Shown here piece by piece: positions 9,823-18,373 of a stretch of 39,568 bases of DNA; positions within the stretch are counted from its first letter, which is position 1, and every line of letters starts with the position of its first letter. The DNA is from a virus. Lineage: Duplodnaviria > Caudoviricetes. The stretch spans positions 1 to 39,568 of the IMG/VR virus record IMGVR_UViG_3300037195_001642; one strand, written 5' to 3'. A program made the translations under genes and the position numbers. The notes under the pieces are model-generated. The model saw only the letters and a list, made by a program, of their open reading frames with translations, did no database searches and was not told the origin of the DNA.

Positions 9823-11492
9823 CCTAGAATCTCCTCTTTGAATCTTTTTTCACAACACAGATCACGATAATATTCTTTTTTTACCTCGGCTGTTATTTTC
9901 GTTTGCTCTAATGTCGGTCTTGTCTTTGACGCTAGTTCGTATATGGCATTAATAATTTCATTTTTATGGGCCATGTAATCAGTTGGTTCTTCAAATGAAA
10001 GTTTTATATTGGCTATAAATTGGGTATCTGGAACAGACACAATACTATCTCTACCCGCTAACATGAACTGAATTGGCAGTTGTGGAAAACCATCATGTTG
10101 AGTACTCCTAATAATACAGCTACATGAATTTATAAACTCATTCATTTTATCAAAGGGGATCTTACCACAAAACTCCACATTCTTTTTCTTTTTAATTACA
10201 CAGCCATTTTCATCTTTCCAAACTCTACCTACATCGCCAAAGAATTTGAAATCGATATCGGGCATAGCACTTGCTACATCGATAATAATGGGGATATTGG
10301 ACATATTACCTTTTCCTTCTAGCTCGTTCATATTAGGAGTGTCAGAGAAATAGACAGCTACTGTGTATTTTTTAGGGAACCTTTTGGTCACCTTAAACTT
10401 ATTTAATTTGTAGATGGGCGGATAAACAAGGTACGATTCAATATTGATTTCATTTAACTCTTCATGCATCCTTTGCGAATTTACAAAACATATTATATCT
10501 TCAGATCTCAGAGCTTCTTGTATACACTTTAGATCTTCAAATGAATGACAGTTTCGTAATTGCCATACGTCCGTCCCAATAAACTGTACTAATTTTTTTC
10601 CTTTCATCACTGCAAAATGATTATTTAATGCTTGCTGAGGGGCATTAAATAGTCCTACCATAAACGTTGCCTTCCACTGATCTAGATCTAGGTTTATTGG
10701 GTATCTTATATGTTTTGGCGAGTCTGGTTCTGGTCCACAATAATCAGCACCTAAAATCTCTGCACGATGCTTTGCTTGGAGTGGGGCAGAGAAAGTTGTG
10801 ACCACTAATCTCTTAGGTTTTATATTATTTATTTTATAAAATTCAGTTGCCTTTTCGGCGAGTGTTTTACCTTGACTACCAGAAATATTATTTTCTTTTG
10901 GGTGAGCCGTGCTAAAGAAAAATTCATTTATCCATACCCCATAATATAATTTTTTAGATATTCGATAAAATAGATCCCAGTCTTGGAAGAACTTCATTCC
11001 TTCTCGAAAGCCATCAACTTTGTTAAATACACTTCTCTTAACAGGGCTCATTGTATTCACATAATTAAATGTTTCAAGATCTTGAGCATTGAATGGTTTT
11101 GAGGTGAAATTATCTTTCTTGTCGTATCTATAGTTGCCATACACAAAAGACAATGCTGGATCCTCTTCAAATTTTTCGATGCAAATAGAAAAGGTGCCTG
11201 GATATAACTGACAGTCTGAATCAATAAAAAACAAGATTTCGCCATCTGTTTTTTTTGCCCCAAAATTACGTGCAGAGGGAGCACCTGCGTTTATATCCAG
11301 GCAGTGCAATTTAATTTTATTCTCTTTATTTTCCATAAAATGATCGGTGAGGAATGACCAATCATCTTTAGTGTGACCGTCTAAGACTATCGCAATTTCC
11401 CAGTTGTCATAGTCCTGATCCCTAATAGACTCTACACAGTTTACTATTGTCTCTTTATTTTTATAATAGGGAATTACACACGAGATTTTCAT
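9813..11492 (-). CDS. Two-domain glycosyltransferase (GT2 N-terminus plus GT-B-like C-terminus)
   Basis: VIPYYK, SARNFG, FIDSD and QDWDL in the N-terminal half; HDGFPQLPIQFMLAG in the C-terminal half. Confidence 0.85.
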   Translation of the reverse strand: MKISCVIPYYKNKETIVNCVESIRDQDYDNWEIAIVLDGHTKDDWSFLTDHFMENKENKIKLHCLDINAGAPSARNFGAKKTDGEILFFIDSDCQLYPGTFSICIEKFEEDPALSFVYGNYRYDKKDNFTSKPFNAQDLETFNYVNTMSPVKRSVFNKVDGFREGMKFFQDWDLFYRISKKLYYGVWINEFFFSTAHPKENNISGSQGKTLAEKATEFYKINNIKPKRLVVTTFSAPLQAKHRAEILGADYCGPEPDSPKHIRYPINLDLDQWKATFMVGLFNAPQQALNNHFAVMKGKKLVQFIGTDVWQLRNCHSFEDLKCIQEALRSEDIICFVNSQRMHEELNEINIESYLVYPPIYKLNKFKVTKRFPKKYTVAVYFSDTPNMNELEGKGNMSNIPIIIDVASAMPDIDFKFFGDVGRVWKDENGCVIKKKKNVEFCGKIPFDKMNEFINSCSCIIRSTQHDGFPQLPIQFMLAGRDSIVSVPDTQFIANIKLSFEEPTDYMAHKNEIINAIYELASKTRPTLEQTKITAEVKKEYYRDLCCEKRFKEEILGCL

Positions 11493-11508
11493 TTATTAAT
11501 CCTTTCCT

Positions 11509-11823
11509 TTATTCACTAGCTTTTTTTAAAATGGGTGTGGCCTCCTCCACTATTTTTTTTTGAATATAATCACCCATAAACTTATTTATTGGATGATATA
11601 CATCTAACGTCTTATTATTTGACAGCTCTTTTTTTGGGTATCTTATATAGAAACCCTCCTTCTTCAAGAACTTGTATATACCTATTCCAGAAAAATAAAA
11701 CGTTGGGATGGATTCACCGTTTATCTTCTCTGCGATTGTGATCGTCGCAAATCCGACAAGCCCTTTCCTTGGCTTTATCGGTGATATATCTATTTCTGTT
11801 ACTTCTAATTTGGACTCGTACAT
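11509..11823 (-). CDS. spoVG: SpoVG-family nucleic-acid-binding protein
   Basis: VTEIDISPIK..GLVGFATITI...IGIY...IRYP...DVYHPIN pattern. Confidence 0.7.
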   Translation of the reverse strand: MYESKLEVTEIDISPIKPRKGLVGFATITIAEKINGESIPTFYFSGIGIYKFLKKEGFYIRYPKKELSNNKTLDVYHPINKFMGDYIQKKIVEEATPILKKASE

Positions 11824-11881
11824 CTTCCCTCTTAACTTTTATTTGTACTTGCCCAAGTTATTTTATTCTAGCATCACACTA

Positions 11882-11908
11882 AAAATATAACAACGTTTGT
11901 TATATTTT
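11882..11908. promoter_or_regulatory. Palindromic operator between divergent spoVG and methylase genes
   Basis: aaaatataacaa-cgt-ttgttatatttt, perfect 12-bp arms. Confidence 0.75.
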
Positions 11909-11930
11909 GATGTATACTTAATTAATCACA

Positions 11931-13124
11931 ATGTTTTTGGTAGAAGAAAGGATAACTATAAATATGAAAAATAAAATGAGTGTTGTGAGCGTAGATATTG
12001 GGTGCTTGAATGATTCGGAATATAATCCTCGTAAACTCACTAAAAAGCAGTTTCAAGACATAAAAAATAGCCTCACAAAGTATGGATTTGTTGAGAACAT
12101 AGTTGTAAATGAAAACAAAGATAGAAAAAACATAATTATAGGGGGTCACCAAAGGGTGAGAGTGGCGAAGGCTATGGGGATGAAAAATATACCTGTTCAT
12201 TATGTGGATATAGGTGACATTAAACAAGAGAAAGAGTTAAATATAAGGTTGAATAAAAATAGTGGTGAATGGGATTGGGATCTACTGGCTAATATATTTG
12301 ACGAAACCGACCTTATGGATTGGGGTTTTGATGATGATGACCTGCAATTCAAAGAACTCGATACAGTTGAAGGATTAACGGACGAAGACGATGTACCCGA
12401 GGCACCTGAAGACCCTATTACAAAACAGGGTGATTTATGGCTACTTGGTGAGCATCGAGTCCTATGCGGGGATGCTACAAAGAAGGAAGATGTTGAACGA
12501 TTGATGGATGGGCAGAAGGCTGATATGGTTTTTACTGACCCCCCTTATGGATATAAATATTTAAGTAATAGATGTTCTCAATCAAAACATAAAGAAATAT
12601 TGAATGATGATAAAATTCTTGATTTTTTACCAGCGTGTAAAAAATTTATGTTAGAAAATTCAACAATTTATGTCTGTGGTTCATTTCAAACAATAAGTAA
12701 ATGGATTGAATATGTTTCAAAACATTTTTTTTATAAAAACTTAATAGTCTGGAAAAAAAATAATTGGTCAATGGGTGATTTAAAAGGTTCTTTTGCTGGA
12801 CAACACGAATTAATAATTTTTGCCAATCAAGGTAAAGTTGAGATTTTAGGTAAAAGAGATACTGATGTATGGGAATTTAATAAAGAAACACCTAAATTGC
12901 ACCCAACACAAAAACCAATAGAATTAATAGAATTTGCTATGAGTAAATTTAAAGGTGGTATAATTTTAGATTTATTTGGTGGCTCTGGTTCAACACTAAT
13001 AGCTTGTGAAAAAACAAACAGAAATTGCTATATGATGGAACTAGACCCACATTACTGTGATGTGATAGTTAAACGCTGGGAAGATTATACTGGGAAGGAA
13101 GCTACTTTATACGGCAACTCCTAA
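11931..13124 (+). CDS. ParB-like N-terminal domain fused to an N6/N4 DNA methyltransferase
   Basis: YNPRK...GGHQR (ParB-like); TDPPY, HPTQKP and DLFGGSGSTL methylase motifs. Confidence 0.92.
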   Translation: MFLVEERITINMKNKMSVVSVDIGCLNDSEYNPRKLTKKQFQDIKNSLTKYGFVENIVVNENKDRKNIIIGGHQRVRVAKAMGMKNIPVHYVDIGDIKQEKELNIRLNKNSGEWDWDLLANIFDETDLMDWGFDDDDLQFKELDTVEGLTDEDDVPEAPEDPITKQGDLWLLGEHRVLCGDATKKEDVERLMDGQKADMVFTDPPYGYKYLSNRCSQSKHKEILNDDKILDFLPACKKFMLENSTIYVCGSFQTISKWIEYVSKHFFYKNLIVWKKNNWSMGDLKGSFAGQHELIIFANQGKVEILGKRDTDVWEFNKETPKLHPTQKPIELIEFAMSKFKGGIILDLFGGSGSTLIACEKTNRNCYMMELDPHYCDVIVKRWEDYTGKEATLYGNS

Positions 13125-13151
13125 GTAATATGATATTAACCCCAAAGACGT

Positions 13152-13190
13152 AAAAAAAACCTCCATACAATTTTGGTATCATACAGAGGC
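13152..13190 (-). terminator. Probable intrinsic terminator between convergent capsid and methylase genes
   Basis: Minus strand gcctctgtat...gtatggaggt stem (with G-U pairs) followed by T8; T6 follows on the plus strand, so possibly bidirectional. Confidence 0.6.
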
Positions 13191-13290
13191 TTTTTTGGGG
13201 GGAAAGATAAAGAGACAATAAAACTCACTTAAATCATCTCACTTACTCATGTAATACAATTTTATAGTAATATCAATTTAATAACAAGTA

Positions 13291-13308
13291 AGGGGCCCGA
13301 AGGCCCCT
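13291..13308 (-). terminator. cUUCGg tetraloop hairpin downstream of the major capsid gene
   Basis: Minus strand aggggcc-ttcg-ggcccct, about 50 nt after the capsid stop; U-tract weak. Confidence 0.65.
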
Positions 13309-13357
13309 AAACTCATGTACACCAAACATTATAGTTTGGCAAATAAAAACTAACTCA

Positions 13358-14452
13358 TTAAATTTCTGTTGACAAGATCCAAAGGCCAGCAGATTTATTC
13401 AACACTTTTGATGCTGCATAGATACTGAAGGCTGCCTGTTTCTTCTGGGAAGTGGGGTCATTTGTAGACTGATTTCCTGATTCTTTCAAGAAAAATTCAA
13501 AGCCCTTGGCACCTCCATGCCCCGAGATATTTGCACACCCATAAGCTTCATCTCCAAATAACAAAGAACAGAAAAGTGATCCAGAAGAATCTTTTAGTGT
13601 GTTCCCTGATAGAGGATAATTATAAGCTAATGTAGAAGACATAATTTTGGTTTGACCAATAAATCCATCATCTGCTGGGTTAGCACGCATCTCTTTGTCA
13701 TTCGTTGGTGCTGTCCAACCTTTGTAAGCTGTGGATGTTTTGACTTGGTACATTGCACGAGGATGAACGATTAAACGATAGTAGCCATCTCCCATTGGAT
13801 CAACGTTTTTCTCTGCAAGAGTAGTTACACCGTCCATGATAGATTTTACTGTAAGAGAAGAAGAACCAATTGACTCGACTAATGCTGATTGAGCAACACG
13901 AGTTTTGTTTGCGTACATTGGGAACCTGTCACCAGAAACACTTGCATCATGTGACCATAATCTTGCTGTTCCACCTGTACTTGAAAGTGTACCACCATCA
14001 ATAGCCAGATTGTCCATATTTACAGAGGTTGCTGATGCAACGTCAGCGACGCACATTCCAATTCCGTTTCGGACAAGTTTGTCTAATGACCTTTGTGCCG
14101 CAGTTTTTATTTTGTTTGAAGCTTGAGTTAATGGACTTGAGATACCGATTAAACTCAATTTACGAGAAAGTTGGATATATCCATCTCTCTCTTTCAAAGT
14201 GACGTTGATTACTTCTGAACTCAAATAGAGTTGTTGGGCCGTAAACTCGTCAGTATTATCTTTATATAATGCGTCTACTTTTCTGTAGCGTGTAAATTGG
14301 ATCGTATCAGAAATGTGGAGCGGAATAGTTTCCTTGACCGGACATTCTGCATAGAATACCGTATTCGCCTCAAAATCCTTCAGGATCATTTTACTGTAAA
14401 AAGTTTTTACCGCATTACTCAGTGCGGCCTGATCTGATTGTTGGTCAGCCAT
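13358..14452 (-). CDS. Major capsid protein (N4-gp56-like family)
   Basis: 364 aa after the scaffold gene; TIQFTRY, LIVHP, LFGDEAYG and STNDPTSQ motifs; strong SD; downstream hairpin. Confidence 0.85.
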   Translation of the reverse strand: MADQQSDQAALSNAVKTFYSKMILKDFEANTVFYAECPVKETIPLHISDTIQFTRYRKVDALYKDNTDEFTAQQLYLSSEVINVTLKERDGYIQLSRKLSLIGISSPLTQASNKIKTAAQRSLDKLVRNGIGMCVADVASATSVNMDNLAIDGGTLSSTGGTARLWSHDASVSGDRFPMYANKTRVAQSALVESIGSSSLTVKSIMDGVTTLAEKNVDPMGDGYYRLIVHPRAMYQVKTSTAYKGWTAPTNDKEMRANPADDGFIGQTKIMSSTLAYNYPLSGNTLKDSSGSLFCSLLFGDEAYGCANISGHGGAKGFEFFLKESGNQSTNDPTSQKKQAAFSIYAASKVLNKSAGLWILSTEI

Positions 14453-14473
14453 TTTATTCTCCTTGATTGAGAA

Positions 14474-15367
14474 TTAAGCTGAGATGGTAATTCCTCTCTC
14501 CTTCAGATATTCGATATACTCGTTGGGATCGTCGGGTTCTGATTTAAATTTTCTCGTATTAATGTTCGCAGACTTCGTATTATTAATAGAATTAGCCTTC
14601 GATTTTTTACGTTTTACATTCTCGTCATTACCAGACTTAACTTTAGGATCGGGAACAGAAAAATTATTTGAAACAACTTCAAAGATAGTTTTCTTTAACC
14701 ATCCTGGATCTGTCTCTAACGTATTTCTTATTCGTTCCTCTTGAGTCTTCCCTGAACTTTCAAATTTTTCATCTAAAAGAGGTGACACCTTCTCAAATAA
14801 TTCTGTATTATTTTGCAATTCTTGATAATCAATTTCGTTCTGTTTTTTGTTATAGGAAATCCACTCTTGTGCTTCGGCTAATCGTTTTTTTTCTCTCTTA
14901 TCCAAGATCAGTTCTATTGCCTGGATATCCTGAGAATCGTAGGAAGATAAAAGATCGTCTTCTTCCTTTTTAGGTTTAGCTCTTACTTCAGATTCAAGAT
15001 CATTAACTTGATCTTGTATCTTTCTCAAGCTTCCTATTTCGTTCCCTTGGCGAGAGATATGTCGGTTTTGCTCATCGATCATCTCGATAAGATCCTCACG
15101 ATTTTTGCCTTTATAAAAAGCAGATTCGCTATTACTTTCCTCTGTCTCCTCTTCTTGGTTTTCCTTTTCAGGTTCCTCAGAATCATCAGATTCGTCATTA
15201 ACTTCTTCTTCTTTTTTTTCTTCACTAACTTTTTCTGTCTCTTCCTTCTCAGAGGTTTCATCAGATTCAGGGTCAGAGGTTTCGCCACCAGAGTTTATAA
15301 ATTTCTCTAGCTGCTCCTCGTCCATTGAATCGAAATTGATGTCCTCATTTTTTTCTTGTTCAGTCAT
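14474..15367 (-). CDS. Capsid scaffolding protein
   Basis: Very acidic N-terminus; YKGKNREDLIEM...ISRQGNEIGSLRK motif; immediately upstream of the capsid gene. Confidence 0.8.
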   Translation of the reverse strand: MTEQEKNEDINFDSMDEEQLEKFINSGGETSDPESDETSEKEETEKVSEEKKEEEVNDESDDSEEPEKENQEEETEESNSESAFYKGKNREDLIEMIDEQNRHISRQGNEIGSLRKIQDQVNDLESEVRAKPKKEEDDLLSSYDSQDIQAIELILDKREKKRLAEAQEWISYNKKQNEIDYQELQNNTELFEKVSPLLDEKFESSGKTQEERIRNTLETDPGWLKKTIFEVVSNNFSVPDPKVKSGNDENVKRKKSKANSINNTKSANINTRKFKSEPDDPNEYIEYLKERGITISA

Positions 15368-15377
15368 TTATTTCTCC

Positions 15378-15878
15378 TTACGCACCTTCCGATGCTTCAT
15401 CACTAATTTCTTTATTGACAGTTTTGGTGTAGCCTTCGATATAATCTGTATAGGCTTTTTGTGGGTTCTTATCATGGATAATAGTTTTTAGTTTCTCTGT
15501 CGCCATATCCACAGATAAAATCGAGGCAGACTGAGATCCATCCCGATGATTCTTTAGGTCAGCTAATTTTTGTCGGTTCATCCTCTTTAAATTGAAAAAC
15601 CCCAATCGACCCACTAATTCGTTAACGATAAATCCGTCTATTTTTCGGCCGTTTAATAAATTGGCTATATCCCCCAATCTATCTATTGTTGTATCAAAAA
15701 ATTTAGCTGCTGATCTCTTGAATTTTTTTGAGGGATTATTATTGTATTCGTCTGTATCGTAGAGAGACTCATCATATTTAGGTATATCTGCCTTTTTAGC
15801 TTTACTTTTTTTTGTTTTCTTCTTTGGATTTTCTTCTACGTCTTCATTAAATTTTTCTTTTATTTTTTCTATTCCCAT
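15378..15878 (-). CDS. Hypothetical protein (head module)
   Basis: 166-aa ORF in operon with SD. Confidence 0.7.
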   Translation of the reverse strand: MGIEKIKEKFNEDVEENPKKKTKKSKAKKADIPKYDESLYDTDEYNNNPSKKFKRSAAKFFDTTIDRLGDIANLLNGRKIDGFIVNELVGRLGFFNLKRMNRQKLADLKNHRDGSQSASILSVDMATEKLKTIIHDKNPQKAYTDYIEGYTKTVNKEISDEASEGA

Positions 15879-15881
15879 ACT

Positions 15882-16094
15882 CTAACTCCTTTTTTTCTTC
15901 TCATATTTTTTATTTGCAAAATAAGTTTCTAATCTCTGAATCGCTTGTAACTTGGATGTTTCCACTAACATTTTATTTAAGTCCACGCAGTCCTTGGCAA
16001 GACAATTTTTAACTGCATTAAACTGGATTTCACTTTGTTCTTTTAACTCATTAATTAATAACTCCTTAGATATTGACTCCATAGGCCCTCTCAA
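15882..16094 (-). CDS. Small hypothetical protein following the portal
   Basis: About 66-70-aa helical ORF coupled to the portal stop. Confidence 0.6.
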   Translation of the reverse strand: MRGPMESISKELLINELKEQSEIQFNAVKNCLAKDCVDLNKMLVETSKLQAIQRLETYFANKKYEKKKRS

Positions 16095-18183
16095 GAATCG
16101 CTTTTTGTTTTATAATTTCAATATCGGAATCTGCTTTCGCTTCGTATTTTTCTGCTGCCTTGGTAATCTCCCGTTGCATATCTGCATCTTTTTTATTTTC
16201 ATCTAACTGAGTGATCATCATTCGCATTTGATCTTCTTCTTGTAATCGTCTGCTCTCTTGTTGCTGTTGCTGTTGCTGCATTTCTTGTTCTGCTTCCTGA
16301 ACCTCAGCCTCTGAATAGAATAGACCTTCGCTATCCTCCTTTATCCCAAACGATCTTAAGAACCTTTCAGTTAGCTCTCGATAATCTATGCGTTTCGCTA
16401 ATGGTGGTAATACCTGTGACAATTCAAACAATGATCGATATCCTACTTGGTGTGCTTGCTCATTATTTAGCTCTACAGTTCCTAATACACTAATGATAGG
16501 TCTAAAGACCATGTCCTTCATGGAAAAGGTTGGTACAAGCTCAATCTGGCCTGTCTCAGGGTTTTGCTGTTCTTCTACTAAGCCTTTGTTTTGTAATTCC
16601 TCCATATTCCAGACTTTTAATAGATCTTCTTCTGTTTTGAATTGGAGGTTCCTTTCAAATATCATTTCTAGGAAAGGCTTGATCTCTCGTTCTATTGTCG
16701 AGACAATAATCTCATTGAGGGGAATATCATTTTGTTGGATGACCATTGCAGTACCACTAGCAGTTTTAGGAACTAATCGTGAATCGGTCGAACCTTCTTG
16801 GACAGGTGATTGTGACCATAACTTATCGAGATCCCTTTCAATAAAAACAATGCTCTCGGATGTTACGTTGCCAAGGTAAGGATTTAATATTGGAGCCAAT
16901 CCACCTTGACCTTGTCCCTTTACTAACCCATTCGGTCGCCACGTCTTATCCCACTGGATATTCATATCTGTATTCTGATACCACATAGGACTAATAGACC
17001 GAGTCTTTGCATCAACCATTTGGGCTCTAGCTGCGTTTAATTCTTGTATTAGGTTATATGATTTTATTACGTTTGACTCCCCGTAAAAACAACCTGAAAT
17101 GGGTTTATATTTACCCGCAATGAAAGGACGGTTATATCTAATATGTCGGAAAGGCGACTTTTCTTTGCGGATTATGACATGCCCATTCGCTATAGTGACA
17201 ACGCATTCCTGTGGTTTACCGTCGTCGTCAATATCATACAGACCCCAACATTCTAGGATATCGATTATACCCGTCTTCTTCTGGTCCTTTAACTTTTTTT
17301 CATATGCTTGCTGAGACACTTCGCCCAGCCCTAGGTTCTGTAGATACGCAGTCTGCTCTGTCGTTAAACCGTTCCCCTGTAACTCAATTAAGTTGAGGTT
17401 ATAATACGTTCCCTTTTCCTCGTATCTAACTCGCTCTTTTTCAGTTTCTTCAAATATACCTATCTCATTATCTTCCCAATTAGATTCCTCAATATCAGAT
17501 TCAATAACCTTTTCTTTTCGTTTTGCATCTGCTCTTAAATCTTCCATGCTGATGGTAGTTGAATGAATATTTGCGAGAGAGTCGTATAGCCGTTCTTTAG
17601 ATAAATCAGTGTAAAATTCTTCTAATAGTAATGGCCTATAGTAAGTATTGTCTTTTACTACTACTTCTTCTTCTTCTTCATCATCAAAATAGCTGAACTC
17701 TTTTACTTCATATTCATTGGTTATCTTTGCAATAGAGGTACCGAGTATTATTTTATTTTTTTGGTTATTTTTAAATTCCTCAACAAACCCAATCTCATTG
17801 ATTTGATATTCAAATATAAATTTGTTCCAAAGCTCGACTATCTTTTCATCGAGGGTACGAGCGACCTTGTCTTGTGGTGACTCTATTCTCCCAAAGGGAT
17901 AGGAACTAAATAATGATCGATTGATCCGTGATGTAACTCCGTTGACTTTAGAGTCTATTATTGGGACACGAATATTGGATCGGCCTTCGTATACCTTATC
18001 TATTTTATTATTATTGAAATATAAATCTCTAGCGTTTCGCCATTTCCCTTCCCATTCACCACGATCATCTTCGTATTTCTTTTTTAGTTCTAAAAAATAG
18101 TTTAGACACTCCCTATCGTATTGAGTGTCTACATTAAATTCGTTATCAAACTCATCGTTCTGATCAGTTGTATCGTAGGCCAA
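16066..18183 (-). CDS. Portal protein (podovirus/P22-like)
   Basis: About 705 aa after terL; KIILGTSIAK, RPFIAG...FYGES, KTASGT and Gln-rich C-terminal barrel; likely start is TTG at 18183 (GGAG upstream) rather than 18210. Confidence 0.88.
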   Translation of the reverse strand: MAYDTTDQNDEFDNEFNVDTQYDRECLNYFLELKKKYEDDRGEWEGKWRNARDLYFNNNKIDKVYEGRSNIRVPIIDSKVNGVTSRINRSLFSSYPFGRIESPQDKVARTLDEKIVELWNKFIFEYQINEIGFVEEFKNNQKNKIILGTSIAKITNEYEVKEFSYFDDEEEEEVVVKDNTYYRPLLLEEFYTDLSKERLYDSLANIHSTTISMEDLRADAKRKEKVIESDIEESNWEDNEIGIFEETEKERVRYEEKGTYYNLNLIELQGNGLTTEQTAYLQNLGLGEVSQQAYEKKLKDQKKTGIIDILECWGLYDIDDDGKPQECVVTIANGHVIIRKEKSPFRHIRYNRPFIAGKYKPISGCFYGESNVIKSYNLIQELNAARAQMVDAKTRSISPMWYQNTDMNIQWDKTWRPNGLVKGQGQGGLAPILNPYLGNVTSESIVFIERDLDKLWSQSPVQEGSTDSRLVPKTASGTAMVIQQNDIPLNEIIVSTIEREIKPFLEMIFERNLQFKTEEDLLKVWNMEELQNKGLVEEQQNPETGQIELVPTFSMKDMVFRPIISVLGTVELNNEQAHQVGYRSLFELSQVLPPLAKRIDYRELTERFLRSFGIKEDSEGLFYSEAEVQEAEQEMQQQQQQQESRRLQEEDQMRMMITQLDENKKDADMQREITKAAEKYEAKADSDIEIIKQKAILERAYGVNI
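16837..16909. repeat. 73-bp exact repeat, inverted copy at 29317-29389
   Basis: Reverse complement is identical over 73 nt; both copies encode QGGLAPILNPYLGNVTSESIVFIE. Confidence 0.97.
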
Positions 18184-18225
18184 TTGGTGACTCCAGCAAA
18201 AAAGATTCAAATGTTTAACTGTTTA

Positions 18226-18309
18226 ACTTGGATTGAGAAGGTAGGACACATAAAGTCTGTTGCATCTACTCTAGAACACACAACAACGTCCTACCTTCTC
18301 AATCCAAGT
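18226..18309. repeat. Perfect 22-bp inverted repeat (hairpin) in the portal leader
   Basis: acttggattgagaaggtaggac (18226-18247) and gtcctaccttctcaatccaagt (18288-18309). Confidence 0.95.
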
Positions 18310-18348
18310 AATGTCACTTCTTGGTGCTTAAATTTCTTGGTGCTTAAA

Positions 18349-18369
18349 TTATAACAAAACTTGTCATAA
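18349..18369. promoter_or_regulatory. Palindromic operator with minus-strand extended -10 upstream of the portal
   Basis: ttataacaa-aac-ttgtcataa; TGTTATAAT on the minus strand. Confidence 0.7.
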
Positions 18370-18373
18370 AAAT

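Noticed and set aside
18226-18282. Diversity-generating retroelement template repeat for the tail fibre
   Set aside because: No reverse transcriptase; matches are under 30 nt and the mismatches are not consistently at adenines on either strand
18328-18342. 15-nt match ttaaatttcttggtg to 39213-39227
   Set aside because: Short and AT-rich; plausible by chance
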